Assembly (NCBI GenBank): GCA_963815215.1
Contig: CAWFFU010000003.1
Span: 1,147,767 to 1,211,766 of the forward strand
Direction: 5' to 3'
DNA length: 64,000 nucleotides
Source of the DNA: an uncultured Trueperaceae bacterium
GTDB taxonomy: Bacteria > Deinococcota > Deinococci > Deinococcales > Trueperaceae
Under the pieces are notes generated by a model. The model was not told the origin of the DNA and made no database searches. It saw only the letters and a list, made by a program, of their open reading frames with translations. Position numbers and translations under genes: made by a program. Shown here piece by piece: positions 40,119 through 50,911 of this stretch (positions are counted from its first letter, which is position 1; every line of letters starts with the position of its first letter).

Positions 40119-40781
40119 GTGTCAAGAGAAGTAGCGTCCGAGCGCCGGAGCTCCGCCATCGCATCGACTCCAGAGATCATCGAGGAGATCCGTCAGGGGC
40201 GGATCGTCATCGTGGTTGACGATGAGTCTCGGGAGAACGAGGGTGACTTCATCCTTGCCGCGCAGCACACCACGACCGAGAAGCTGGCGTTCATCATCCG
40301 GTATTCGGGCGGCATCGTCTGTCTTCCCATGAGCAACGCGAGAGCCGACCGACTCGACTTACCGCCGATGGTCGAGCACAACACCTCGAGCCGCGGTACG
40401 CCGTTCACGGTCTCGATCGAGGCCGCCGACCTCGAAAGCACCGGGATCTCGGCGAGTGATCGCGCCCACACCATTCGCAGGTCCGTCGAACGCGACGCCA
40501 ACGGTGACACCATGGTTCGACCCGGACACGTGTTCCCCCTGCGGGCGCACGACGACGGCGTGCTCGGCCGCGACGGACATACTGAGGCCGCTGTCGACCT
40601 ATGCAGGCTTGCAGGCCTCGAACCGGCCGCTGCGATCTCGGAAGTCATGCACGATGACGGAACGATGATGCGCCTGCCAGCGATCCTCGTGTTCGCTGAG
40701 CAACACGGCCTGAAGGTGGGCACGATCGAAGACCTCATCGCCTACCGTCAGCAGCGTGATCCGGTTCGTCACCCGAGATGA
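40119..40781 (+). CDS. ribB: 3,4-dihydroxy-2-butanone-4-phosphate synthase
   Basis: DDESRENEGD, GIVC, TPFTVSIEA, TGISASDR, RPGHVFPL, R.GHTEA. Confidence 0.93.
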   Translation: MSREVASERRSSAIASTPEIIEEIRQGRIVIVVDDESRENEGDFILAAQHTTTEKLAFIIRYSGGIVCLPMSNARADRLDLPPMVEHNTSSRGTPFTVSIEAADLESTGISASDRAHTIRRSVERDANGDTMVRPGHVFPLRAHDDGVLGRDGHTEAAVDLCRLAGLEPAAAISEVMHDDGTMMRLPAILVFAEQHGLKVGTIEDLIAYRQQRDPVRHPR

Positions 40782-40855
40782 TCCGATCGAACAGCTAACG
40801 ACGGGCCGCCAACGTCGCCTACTCTCGCCGGCCTCCAGCCCGACGAACCCAAGAA

Positions 40856-40880
40856 GTGGGGGCCCGCGAAGGGCCCCCAC
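40856..40880 (-). terminator. Intrinsic terminator of the apiose operon (possibly bidirectional)
   Basis: GTGGGGGCCC-GCGAA-GGGCCCCCAC 10-bp perfect stem, followed by TTCTT on the minus strand, about 24 nt after the SBP stop. Confidence 0.75.
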
Positions 40881-40903
40881 ACTCGATCCAGCGGGAAGAA
40901 CCT

Positions 40904-41965
<1,062 letters not shown>

Positions 41966-41972
41966 CTACCGA

Positions 41973-43034
41973 TCACCCCCTCTCGGCCGCAGCGCGTTCG
42001 GCGCGCCGTTGGAGTTGATCGATGACGACCGCCAGGATGATGACGGCACCCGTGATCACGGTCTGCCAGAAATCGGAGACGCCCAACAGGACCATCCCGT
42101 TCCAGAGAACGCCGAGGACGAACGCCCCGATGATGGTGCCTCCAACGGTACCAACGCCTCCGAACAGAGACGTGCCTCCGAGCACGACCACAGCGATCGC
42201 TTCCAACTCATAGGAGGTGCCCGTGGCCGGATTCGAGGCAGCGAGCCTGGACGCGATGATGAGCCCGGCGAGGGCCGCGCAACCGCCGGCGATGGCGTAG
42301 GTGAGGATCTTGACACGGTCTACACGAACACCCGAGAGCTGCGCCGCAGGCTCGTTGCCACCCACGGCATACACCTGGCGACCGAAGACCGTACGCCCTG
42401 CGAGCAACGCCGCCAGGATCGCTACCAACACCATGATCCAGACCGACACCGGGAGCTCGAGGAACCGCGCCGTGCCGAGCGCCAGGAATCCCGTGTTGCC
42501 CAACGACGCGCGCCCCGTCAGGTCACCGTAGGTGGCGCCGTTCGAGATCAGCTCGGCCGCGCCCCGCGCCACATAGAGCATGCCGAGCGTCTGGATGAAC
42601 GGCGTCACGCGTAGGCGCGTGATGAAGAACCCGTTGAGAACGCCAACGAGCGCTCCCACGAGCAGGGTGATCAGGCCGACGATCCACACGTTGAAGAACA
42701 ACACAACGTGCAGACCTGGCACCAGCAACCCCTGCGAGATCAACGCACCGGCCAACATGGCCGCAAGACCGGTCACCGAGCCCACCGAGAGATCGATGCC
42801 GGCTGCGAGGATGACGAAGGTCTCACCAACGCCCATGATGGCGAACACGGCGACCTGCTCGGCCACGATGACCAGGTTCCTTGCGGTCAGGAAGCTCGGG
42901 GCCATGATCGAGAAGAGAATGACCAAGAGCACGAGTGCAACGTAGGCCCGAAGGCGCAGCAGCATCAGCCGTACGGACGGCCCCCTCTTGTCCCCTGTCG
43001 CGGAACCGGACGTCGAGAGCACGGTCTTCGCCAT
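41973..43034 (-). CDS. Monosaccharide ABC permease (RbsC-like)
   Basis: GIDLSVGS, PFIQTLG, YAVGGNE.AA.LSG, YELEAIAVVVLGGTSLFGG.G. Confidence 0.93.
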   Translation of the reverse strand: MAKTVLSTSGSATGDKRGPSVRLMLLRLRAYVALVLLVILFSIMAPSFLTARNLVIVAEQVAVFAIMGVGETFVILAAGIDLSVGSVTGLAAMLAGALISQGLLVPGLHVVLFFNVWIVGLITLLVGALVGVLNGFFITRLRVTPFIQTLGMLYVARGAAELISNGATYGDLTGRASLGNTGFLALGTARFLELPVSVWIMVLVAILAALLAGRTVFGRQVYAVGGNEPAAQLSGVRVDRVKILTYAIAGGCAALAGLIIASRLAASNPATGTSYELEAIAVVVLGGTSLFGGVGTVGGTIIGAFVLGVLWNGMVLLGVSDFWQTVITGAVIILAVVIDQLQRRAERAAAERG

Positions 43035-44599
43035 CACGCTACCTCCCGCTGCCCGGTTCGATGGACCTGTGAAGCTTGCACGAGTTTCTCCTCGGTCAAC
43101 TCGGCTCGGGACAGATCGGCCGTGATCAGCCCCTGCGCAAACACCAGCACTCGATCGGCAGCTCCCATGATCTCCTTGAGTTCCGAGGACGCGAACAGGA
43201 CGGCGTAACCGTCCCCAGCGAGCCTGTCCACGATCTCGAAGATCTCCCTCTTGGCCTTCACATCGATGCCACGCGTCGGCTCGTCGAGCAGCAGCACACG
43301 AGGAGCGGTGAGAAGGTTCTTCGCGAACACGACCTTCTGTTGGTTGCCGCCGCTCAACGCCGACACCAACGTCTCCGGACTCGGGACCTTGATCGACAGG
43401 TCCTGGATAGCTTTCCGGATGTCCCGGTGCATCACCGATCCTGCCAGCCAGCCAAGGCGTGCGTACCGGCTCAGGTTGGCGAGTACGATGTTGTCTCCGA
43501 CGGAGCGAGACTGGACCAATCCTTGGAGCTGTCGATTCTCAGGGACGAGCGCAAGTCCAAGTGCGAGCCGGTGGCTGATCGTGTCGCGAGGCGACAGCAT
43601 CTTGCCTGCGAGAGAGATCCGGCCACCGCTCGGCGCTCGCAAACCGACGAGCGTCTCGAACAGCTCCGTGCGCCCTGCGCCCATGAGGCCGTACAGGCCG
43701 ATGACTTCGCCGGCACGTGCCCGCAGCGAAATGCCGTCCAACAGGTAGCCGCCGAAAGGACGCGGCACCGTCAGGTTCTCGACGACGAGCACATCGGACC
43801 CGGGAACGTGCGGACTCTTTGGGAACTCCTCGTCCACGAGCTGACCCACCATCCGCTCCACGATCCACGAGAGGCTTACGTCCCGATCGTCCTTGCGGGC
43901 GACCAACCGCCCATCGCGCAATACGGTGAAGGTGTCCCCGATCTCCAGCACCTCCTCGAGGCGGTGAGAGATGTACACGATCGAGACTCGTTGCCTCTTG
44001 AGTTCGTCCAGCACGCCGAAGAGCGTCTCCACCTCGGCCTCGCTGAGCGACGATGTCGGCTCGTCCAGAATCAGGACACGCACGTCCCGCGCAAGCACCT
44101 TCGCGATCTCCACGATCTGCTGCTTGCCGATGCTCAAGTCCTGGACGAGCGTATGGACATCGATGTCCTGATGGAGACGGGCCAGCGCCTCGCGTGCGAC
44201 GCGAACCTGTTCGGCGAACCTCACGCCGCCGAGGTACGTGGCCAACTCGTGCCCCACGAAGATGTTCTCCGCCACGCTCAGATTGGGGAAGAGGTTCAGC
44301 TCCTGGTGGACGATGCCGATGCCGTTGGCCATGGCGTCCCGAGGGCCGTGCAGCGTCAGCGGCACACCGTTCAGCTCGAGATGTCCAGACGTAAGGGGCT
44401 CGATGCCGGCGAGGATCTTCATCAGTGTCGACTTGCCGGCTCCGTTCTCCCCGACCAGGACATTGACCTTCGCCTCGTGGACCTCGAAGTCCACGCCGTC
44501 CAACGCAACGGTGCCCGGAAAGACCTTGCGGATTCCGGTGGCCCGCATCACGGCGTTCGCTGGCTGCGGCGCACCGACGGCTGTCGGGTCGGCGGTCAC
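43034..44599 (-). CDS. Monosaccharide ABC ATPase (RbsA-like, tandem NBD)
   Basis: GENGAGKST, LDEPTSSL, YISHRLEE, LSGGNQQKV, LDEPTRGID. Confidence 0.95.
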   Translation of the reverse strand: MTADPTAVGAPQPANAVMRATGIRKVFPGTVALDGVDFEVHEAKVNVLVGENGAGKSTLMKILAGIEPLTSGHLELNGVPLTLHGPRDAMANGIGIVHQELNLFPNLSVAENIFVGHELATYLGGVRFAEQVRVAREALARLHQDIDVHTLVQDLSIGKQQIVEIAKVLARDVRVLILDEPTSSLSEAEVETLFGVLDELKRQRVSIVYISHRLEEVLEIGDTFTVLRDGRLVARKDDRDVSLSWIVERMVGQLVDEEFPKSPHVPGSDVLVVENLTVPRPFGGYLLDGISLRARAGEVIGLYGLMGAGRTELFETLVGLRAPSGGRISLAGKMLSPRDTISHRLALGLALVPENRQLQGLVQSRSVGDNIVLANLSRYARLGWLAGSVMHRDIRKAIQDLSIKVPSPETLVSALSGGNQQKVVFAKNLLTAPRVLLLDEPTRGIDVKAKREIFEIVDRLAGDGYAVLFASSELKEIMGAADRVLVFAQGLITADLSRAELTEEKLVQASQVHRTGQREVA

Positions 44600-44603
44600 G
44601 GCC

Positions 44604-45338
44604 TCACCCCTCGACCTTCAGGTGGACTGGCGTGATCGTGATGGAATCCAGGGACTGAAGTGCGAAGGCACCCCAGAACTCCACCTTCTTGCCCTCGAGG
44701 CTCGTCGGCGACGCGTCCTTGAACGCGACCGAGAGCGCCCTCTTGTTCAAGGCCTGCGACACGGTGGCGTACTGCACCTGATTGGTGAAGTCATTCAGAG
44801 AGATGAACGGCAGCGAGTCCCTGAGCGCGGTCCCGAGCACCAACGGCCCCACCGCGATCTCCACATCGGACGAGACTCCCGGGACGTCGAGCTTCAGCAC
44901 GCCCACCGGCGTCGAGGTGTCCACGCCCTTGACGACGCCCACCACATGGACATCGAAGGCGTACGGAACCGACGTCCCAGCCGACACACCGTACTTGTTC
45001 GAGGCGGCAGTCTCGTCCTGCCTCAGCGCGGTCACCAGCTTGGGTAGATCCACCGCCTGCGAATCCACGGTCGGCACGACCTTGGAGCTCCAGATCGAGG
45101 CCACATAGTCGTCGGCATTGAAGTCGCTCAAGCTGAACTTCTGATTCGTAGCGGAGCTGTTCACCGCCTGCTTCTGCTCGTAGACGACCTTACCGGTCGC
45201 AGGATCGACCTTGCGCACCGACACGAGCTTGCACGACGTGAGCAGCGGAATCGCGAGCAGAAGGACGCCTAGGAACCGGCCGCCGCGGCGCCAGGTGAAC
45301 GCGTACCTGTGGTCCCGCCCTACGTTCGACAAACCCAT
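44604..45338 (-). CDS. DUF2291 family lipoprotein
   Basis: Lipobox LLTSC; GP...GTALRD..PFI..NDFTNQVQYA, F.GAF. Confidence 0.85.
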   Translation of the reverse strand: MGLSNVGRDHRYAFTWRRGGRFLGVLLLAIPLLTSCKLVSVRKVDPATGKVVYEQKQAVNSSATNQKFSLSDFNADDYVASIWSSKVVPTVDSQAVDLPKLVTALRQDETAASNKYGVSAGTSVPYAFDVHVVGVVKGVDTSTPVGVLKLDVPGVSSDVEIAVGPLVLGTALRDSLPFISLNDFTNQVQYATVSQALNKRALSVAFKDASPTSLEGKKVEFWGAFALQSLDSITITPVHLKVEG

Positions 45339-45339
45339 G

Positions 45340-46347
45340 TCAGCTCTCCGATCCCACGCGCGCAAGACCTTCGTCTTCCACGCTAGCGGCGCTCGAGCCC
45401 ATGCCAGCCAGGGCGGCCGCCGTCACCGCGTCGGTGATCAAGACATTGACCCAGCGCCCTCGCACGGCGCCGGCTATCGCCTCGAGCTTCCTCGCTCCGC
45501 CCGCGATACCCACGGAGCGGCGAACTTCACGAAGTTGTTCGAGTTCCATGCTGATCACTCTGTCCTGCACGTCCGACGTCACCGGCACGCCTCCTGTGTC
45601 GAAGAAGCGCAGGCAGATGTCTCCGACGGCCCCCTTCTCCCGCAACTGGTCCAGTTCCCCGGCCGTGAAGACGTTGCCGCTGCTCGCCAGCAGCTTGGAC
45701 GGCGTGATGGCTCCGATCCCGACTAGCGCAAGCGTGACCTCGGAGAACCTCCGGACCGCTTCGGCCACGTAGGGATCGGCCAGCAACACGTCTCTGGTCG
45801 CGCGAGACCCGACGATCCCGGGCGCGGGGAGCATCGTGACGTCTGCGTGGAGAGGCTCTGCGAGTTGCCGTGTCAACTGCGACGCATGCGTCTCACCGAC
45901 CGGATTGCCTACTCCGCCGAGGATCTGGAGCACGCGACTGCCTGCCGGACGGCCGGCCGGGTGGAGCGCCCGCGTCATGGCGAGAAGGGTCTCGCTCCAC
46001 GACGAGATGCCGATGACTTCGTTGCGATCGAGGGTGGACTCCACGTAGAACGCGGCAGCAGAACCGAGGTTCCGGAGCATCTCCCGTTCGCTGTGACCGG
46101 GATCCACCACGATGACCTCGTGCAACCCGTAGCGGTCGCGGACCGCATCCTCCAGGTCGGGAAAGGTCCCCGCGGGAGTCAACACGGTGATGCGCACGAT
46201 GCCTTCGTCTTCCGCTCGGCGGAGCGCCCGCGACACCGATGCCTGCGACAGGCCGAGCCGTGCCGCGACCTCGGTCTGCTTGAGTCTGTGCTCGTAGTAG
46301 AGGCTCGCAACTCGCGCCCACAGACGAAGTTCTTCCGGTCGTGCCAT
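45340..46347 (-). CDS. SorC/DeoR-type sugar-binding transcriptional regulator
   Basis: VASLYYE..LKQTEVAARLGLSQASVSR, IGISSWSETL, LVGIG, GAVGDIC.RFFD, IAGG..K..AI, LITD. Confidence 0.92.
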   Translation of the reverse strand: MARPEELRLWARVASLYYEHRLKQTEVAARLGLSQASVSRALRRAEDEGIVRITVLTPAGTFPDLEDAVRDRYGLHEVIVVDPGHSEREMLRNLGSAAAFYVESTLDRNEVIGISSWSETLLAMTRALHPAGRPAGSRVLQILGGVGNPVGETHASQLTRQLAEPLHADVTMLPAPGIVGSRATRDVLLADPYVAEAVRRFSEVTLALVGIGAITPSKLLASSGNVFTAGELDQLREKGAVGDICLRFFDTGGVPVTSDVQDRVISMELEQLREVRRSVGIAGGARKLEAIAGAVRGRWVNVLITDAVTAAALAGMGSSAASVEDEGLARVGSES

Positions 46348-46348
46348 G

Positions 46349-47848
46349 TCACGCCGCGGACTCGCGGCCCCTCCTCCCGTGATGGATCGCGGTCTCGACC
46401 CCGGCCCGCCAATGCTGCCGGGCGTCGCTCCTGCGTTGAGCGCTCCAGTGCGGCTCGAACTCGTCCATGGAGCTCGGAAGGGCGTGCAGCGCATCGATCG
46501 ATGGCCACATGCCTACTTCCAGTCCCGCCAGAAAGGCCGCACCGAGAGCCGACAGGTGCTGGGAATTGTTCCGCACGACGGGAACACCCAGAACGTCGGC
46601 CTGGAACTGCATGAGCACGTCGGACCGGCTGGCGCCGCCATCGGTCAGGAGTCGAGTTCCACCTCCAGCCTCCGTGAATGCGTCGAAGACGTCGGCGATC
46701 TGGAACGCAACAGCCTCGAGCGCCGACCGGGCCAGATGTTCTCGACCCGTCCCCTGCGTGATACCGGCGAAGAGCCCGCGCGCCGAGCTGTCCCAATACG
46801 GGGCTCCCAGACCGTTGAACGCCGGAACGAAGACCACCTCTTCGCCGCGAAGCTCGCCCCCCGCCAACACCAGGAGGGCTTCCGCGTTCTCGACGCCCAG
46901 GAGCTTCACCATCCACTCGATGGCCGCGCCGCTCGACGTGATGTTGCCTTCGAGCGCGAAGGCGGACTCCGGGCGCGCCCACGCCACCGTCGTCGCCAGG
47001 GACCGCACTTCCTTCGGCGCACCGGATACGGCACCCATCAACGAGGAGCCCGTACCGTATGTCGCCTTCACGGCGCGCGGATCCGATGCCAGGTGACCGA
47101 ACAACGCTGCGTGCGAATCGGCTACCACCGCGGCGATGGGCACGCCACCGGGCATGCCGACTCCCCCCACGGTCTCGCCGTAGACGCCGGAGGTCGACCG
47201 GACCTCGGGCAACGCTGCCCTCGGCACGCCGAACAGATCGAGAAGCTCGGAGTCCCATGCGCCTGACGCCAGATCGAACAGTTGCGTGCGAGATGCGTTG
47301 CCTGCATCCGTCGCAAACACCGACCCGCCCGACAGCTTCCACAAGAGCCAGGCATCGACGGTTCCCAGACACAGCTCGCCGGCACGTGCCCGCCGGAGTC
47401 CAGCGGGCACGTGCTCCAGGAGCCACGCCATCTTCGTGGCCGAGAACGTAGCGTCGATGGGTAGCCCTGTCTTGCGGCGAACGACCTCGGCGTCGGGCCC
47501 CGCCCGCAGCCGGTCGCACCGATCCGCCGTACGCCGGCATTGCCAACTGACCACCGGCCCGACCGGTCTTCCCGTCTTGCGCTCCCAGGCGACTACGGAC
47601 TCTCGCTGGTTGGTGATGCCGATCGCCCGGATGTCCGGTTCACGCACCGTGGCCAACGTCTGCTCGACGGTCGAGCACACGCTGCGCCACAGCTCCTCGG
47701 CATCGTGCTCGACCCAGCCGGGTTGCGGGTAGCTCGAAGCCACACTCGCCGAGCTCACGCCCTGCAACTCCCCATCGACGCTCACCAACACCGCCTTCGT
47801 GTTGGTCGAGCCTTGATCGATGGCGAGCACATAGGGCTTGCTAGGCAT
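46349..47848 (-). CDS. FGGY family carbohydrate kinase (apulose kinase AplK-like)
   Basis: IDQGSTNTK, ITNQRES, WQCRRT, NASRTQLF, ADSHAALFG, ATYGTGSS, DGG. Glycerol-kinase-like but diverged. Confidence 0.8.
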   Translation of the reverse strand: MPSKPYVLAIDQGSTNTKAVLVSVDGELQGVSSASVASSYPQPGWVEHDAEELWRSVCSTVEQTLATVREPDIRAIGITNQRESVVAWERKTGRPVGPVVSWQCRRTADRCDRLRAGPDAEVVRRKTGLPIDATFSATKMAWLLEHVPAGLRRARAGELCLGTVDAWLLWKLSGGSVFATDAGNASRTQLFDLASGAWDSELLDLFGVPRAALPEVRSTSGVYGETVGGVGMPGGVPIAAVVADSHAALFGHLASDPRAVKATYGTGSSLMGAVSGAPKEVRSLATTVAWARPESAFALEGNITSSGAAIEWMVKLLGVENAEALLVLAGGELRGEEVVFVPAFNGLGAPYWDSSARGLFAGITQGTGREHLARSALEAVAFQIADVFDAFTEAGGGTRLLTDGGASRSDVLMQFQADVLGVPVVRNNSQHLSALGAAFLAGLEVGMWPSIDALHALPSSMDEFEPHWSAQRRSDARQHWRAGVETAIHHGRRGRESAA

Positions 47849-48776
47849 GGGTCCGCGCCAACTCCTCCGCCTTGATGGCGATGTTCTCGGACGTCAACCC
47901 GAAGTGCTCGAACAGGAACTCTGGCTCCCCCGTCGGCGCAAACTCGCCAGGCACGCCGACCATCCGCATGGGGACCGGCGCCTCCTGCACGACGACCTCC
48001 GCAACGGCGCTGCCCAGGCCACCGAAGACCGTGTGCTCTTCGGCCGTGACGATGCCTCCGGTCTCCTTGGCGGCAGCCACGATCGCCTCACGATCGATGG
48101 GGCGGACGGTCGCCATGTTGAGCACGCGGGCCTCGATGCCACGGCCGGCAAGCCGGTCGGCCGCTTCGAGAGCCTTGTGCGCCATGACCCCATTGGCGAT
48201 GAGGGTAACGTCAGTGCCATCTCGGAGCACGGCAGCCTTGCCGATCTCGAAGCGGTAACCCGGTCCGTGCACCTCAGGAACGCCCATCCGGCTGATCCGA
48301 AGGAAGATCGGGCCTTGGAACTCGGCCGCAGCCCTCACCGCCTGCCGTGTCTCCTCGGGATCCGCCGGAGCCACCACGACGAGGTTCGCGATGGCGCGCA
48401 GCCACGCGAAGTCTTCGATGGAGTGGTGCGTCGGCCCCAACGCACCGTAGGCCATACCGCTGCTCATACCCACCAGCTTCACGTTGGCGTTCGAGTAGGC
48501 GACGTCGGCCTTGATCTGTTCGAGGGCGCGGCCCGTGAGGAAACAGGACGCCGAGGACACGAAGGGGACCAAGCCGGCATTGGCGAGGCCCGCTCCCGTA
48601 CCGACCAGCGTCTGCTCCGCGATGCCGACATTGAACATCCGGTCAGGGAAGGCGCTGCGGAACTCGCCAAGCTTGCTCGACCCGATGGAGTCGTTGGCCA
48701 CCGCCACGATGTCCTCGCGTTCTTTCGCCAGGGCCTCGAGGCTCTCCGCGAAGGCCAGTCGGCAGTCATGCAACAT
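47841..48776 (-). CDS. Split transketolase C-terminal subunit (apulose-4-phosphate transketolase-like)
   Basis: DCR, NDSIGSS, VGIAEQ, RALEQIKAD, YGALGPTHHSIED. Confidence 0.88.
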   Translation of the reverse strand: MLHDCRLAFAESLEALAKEREDIVAVANDSIGSSKLGEFRSAFPDRMFNVGIAEQTLVGTGAGLANAGLVPFVSSASCFLTGRALEQIKADVAYSNANVKLVGMSSGMAYGALGPTHHSIEDFAWLRAIANLVVVAPADPEETRQAVRAAAEFQGPIFLRISRMGVPEVHGPGYRFEIGKAAVLRDGTDVTLIANGVMAHKALEAADRLAGRGIEARVLNMATVRPIDREAIVAAAKETGGIVTAEEHTVFGGLGSAVAEVVVQEAPVPMRMVGVPGEFAPTGEPEFLFEHFGLTSENIAIKAEELARTHA

Positions 48777-49629
48777 GCGAATCCCGCCGTTCCGTCAATT
48801 CCTGGATGGCCCTCGCGAGCTCCTCATCGCTGGGAACTCGATGGTGCCAGCCGGCCTGATCCTCCATGAAGGACACGCCGCGACCCTTGTGCGTGTGCGC
48901 GATGATAGCGGTAGGCCTACCGGCCGTCACAGGCATCTCACCGAGTAAGGAGGCCAGGGCCTCGATGTCGTGTCCGTCGACCTCTCTTACGGTCCAGCCG
49001 AAGGCCGTGAACTTGTCGGCCAGGGGCTCCAAGCCCACGGTGTTGGCAACCGAATCCCCTTGCTGGAACCGGTTGCGGTCGACGATCAAGGTCAGGTTGT
49101 CGAGCCCATGGTGTGCTGCGTTCATCGCCGCTTCCCAGTTGCTCCCCTCCTGCAGTTCGCCGTCGCCGGTGAGGACGAACGTCCGCCAGTCCTTCTTGCG
49201 TAGTCTCGCGCCCAGGGCCATGCCCAACGCCACGGGCAACCCGTGCCCGAGCGGGCCTGTGTTCGTCTCGACGCCAGGCACCTTCTTGCGATCCGGATGT
49301 CCGTTCAGACGCGACAACGGCTGCATGTAGCTCGCGAGTTCGTCCGTGGGGAAGAAGCCCGCATGCGCGAGGGTCGTGTAGAGCGCACCCGAGCAGTGCC
49401 CCTTGCTCATGACGAAGCGGTCGCGATCAGGGTTGGTGGGATTCGCGGGATCGATATCCAAGACGCGGAAGTACAGCACCGTGAGGATGTCCATCGCCGA
49501 CATGTCGCCTCCGGTGTGCCCCAGTCCGGCCCCGTGGATCATCTGGAGGTCGCGGATCCGGAGGTCGTAGGCCAACCTCCGCAATCCTTCCGTAGACAGC
49601 GTTCCCTGAACGTCCGTGACCCTGCTCAT
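48766..49629 (-). CDS. Split transketolase N-terminal subunit (apulose-4-phosphate transketolase-like)
   Basis: GHTGGDMS, DRFVMSKGH, LNGHP, GPLGHG, GDGELQEGSNWE, WHHRVP. Confidence 0.9.
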   Translation of the reverse strand: MSRVTDVQGTLSTEGLRRLAYDLRIRDLQMIHGAGLGHTGGDMSAMDILTVLYFRVLDIDPANPTNPDRDRFVMSKGHCSGALYTTLAHAGFFPTDELASYMQPLSRLNGHPDRKKVPGVETNTGPLGHGLPVALGMALGARLRKKDWRTFVLTGDGELQEGSNWEAAMNAAHHGLDNLTLIVDRNRFQQGDSVANTVGLEPLADKFTAFGWTVREVDGHDIEALASLLGEMPVTAGRPTAIIAHTHKGRGVSFMEDQAGWHHRVPSDEELARAIQELTERRDSHVA

Positions 49630-49631
49630 CG

Positions 49632-50633
49632 TCACTCCCCCAGGAGTGCGGACATGACGATCTCCTGGGCCTCCAGAGCGTCCTGCCGTTGCTGCGCGGC
49701 GCGGAGCGCATCGAGGTCCATCTTGTCGATCACCGCGTCCAACCGGCGCAGGGTTCGGATGCTCGATCGCGCCGCCCGCACCGGATCCTCCCGGAACGGG
49801 AACTGGTCGAGCAGGAGCACGTCGGTCCACCCGATGCGGCGGACCTCGATCAGGAACTCGATCGTCTCCAACAGATGCACCGAGCCCACGGCCAGGTCGT
49901 CGTCCCATTCCCTCCAGTTGTCGTTGAGCTCGATGCTGGTCAGGCGCGAGCGGCTGTGCACCAGGTTCAGGGCTGCCGCCGGGGCTTCCTTGGCGAAGAG
50001 CGAGTGCCCGAGGTCCATCACGATGCCGATGTTGTCGAGCCCTGTTGCCTCGATGGCCAGCAGCGTGGTCGCCGCGTTGCTCCAGAAGAGATGAGTCCGA
50101 GGCTCCTTGACCTTGTATTCGATCGCGAACTGGACGTCCGGCGCACTGCGGGCCACCTCGGCCACGCCGTTCACGGCCAGTCCCCAGAGGTCTGCGTAGT
50201 TCACCTGGAACGGGTAGTCGAAGCCATCCTGTCCAGGCCAGAACTTCACGTACTTGGCGCCGAGCTGCCGGGCGACCGGAATCGCGTCCTTGCTCAAGGC
50301 GATCGCCCGCTTGCGAACGTCCGGATCCGGGTGCGTGAACGATCCGCGCGTGAACGTTTGGTCGTAGATGATCGGCGTGATGGCGTGGGCCCGCAGCTTC
50401 GCACGCTCGAGCGCAGCCGCGACGTCGTCGGCCGACACCCCCTCGTCGAACGGGAAGTTGATGTCGAGTGCGTCGAGCTCGCCCACCTCACCGGCCCGTT
50501 CGATGGCCTCCAGCAAGCTCACCTGGGGACCGTAGGCGTTGGTGGCGTAGCGATCGATGAACTGCCCGAACATCCAGAGGCCAGCCCCGAAGCGCATCGC
50601 GGACCTCTTCGTGCCTTTTGCGGATTCAGCCAT
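49632..50633 (-). CDS. Xylose-isomerase-like TIM-barrel sugar isomerase (D-apiose isomerase ApsI-like)
   Basis: DRYA...YG, WPGQDGFDYPFQ, IEYK.KEPR, DLGH, LND...WDDD, LDQFP.RED. Confidence 0.8.
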   Translation of the reverse strand: MAESAKGTKRSAMRFGAGLWMFGQFIDRYATNAYGPQVSLLEAIERAGEVGELDALDINFPFDEGVSADDVAAALERAKLRAHAITPIIYDQTFTRGSFTHPDPDVRKRAIALSKDAIPVARQLGAKYVKFWPGQDGFDYPFQVNYADLWGLAVNGVAEVARSAPDVQFAIEYKVKEPRTHLFWSNAATTLLAIEATGLDNIGIVMDLGHSLFAKEAPAAALNLVHSRSRLTSIELNDNWREWDDDLAVGSVHLLETIEFLIEVRRIGWTDVLLLDQFPFREDPVRAARSSIRTLRRLDAVIDKMDLDALRAAQQRQDALEAQEIVMSALLGE

Positions 50634-50711
50634 GACGACATCCCTTCAATCAGCCCAGGACAGCCTTCGCACGAAGGCGCCATGACGGCTCGAAGTGCTC
50701 CCAATCTCAAT

Positions 50712-50792
50712 GGCAGAATATATATTCTGCCCCTATGCCTTTATTCCGCCGGAACAATAGCGCTGGTCCTGCCCCGTGTCAAGGGGCAGGAC
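50712..50792 (-). promoter_or_regulatory. Apiose-operon promoter with two palindromes
   Basis: Minus strand TTGACA (50782-50777), 17 bp, TATTGT (50759-50754); perfect 20-bp palindrome GGCAGAATATATATTCTGCC (50712-50731); 10-bp inverted repeat 50766-50792 around the -35. Confidence 0.75.
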
Positions 50793-50911
50793 ACAGCATG
50801 CGCGTGAACGCGAGCCGTCTCTTGAGTCAGGAATCGATCAGGCGACGGGCCCCAACCGCGGCGCCCGCTCTCCGCCACCGCCACGGTTGCGCCGCCGCGA
50901 CCGCAATGGAA

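Noticed and set aside
46349..47848. Glycerol kinase glpK
   Set aside because: Diverged motifs (ADSHAALFG, WQCRRT) and the isomerase/split-TK/DUF2291 context favour an apulose kinase.
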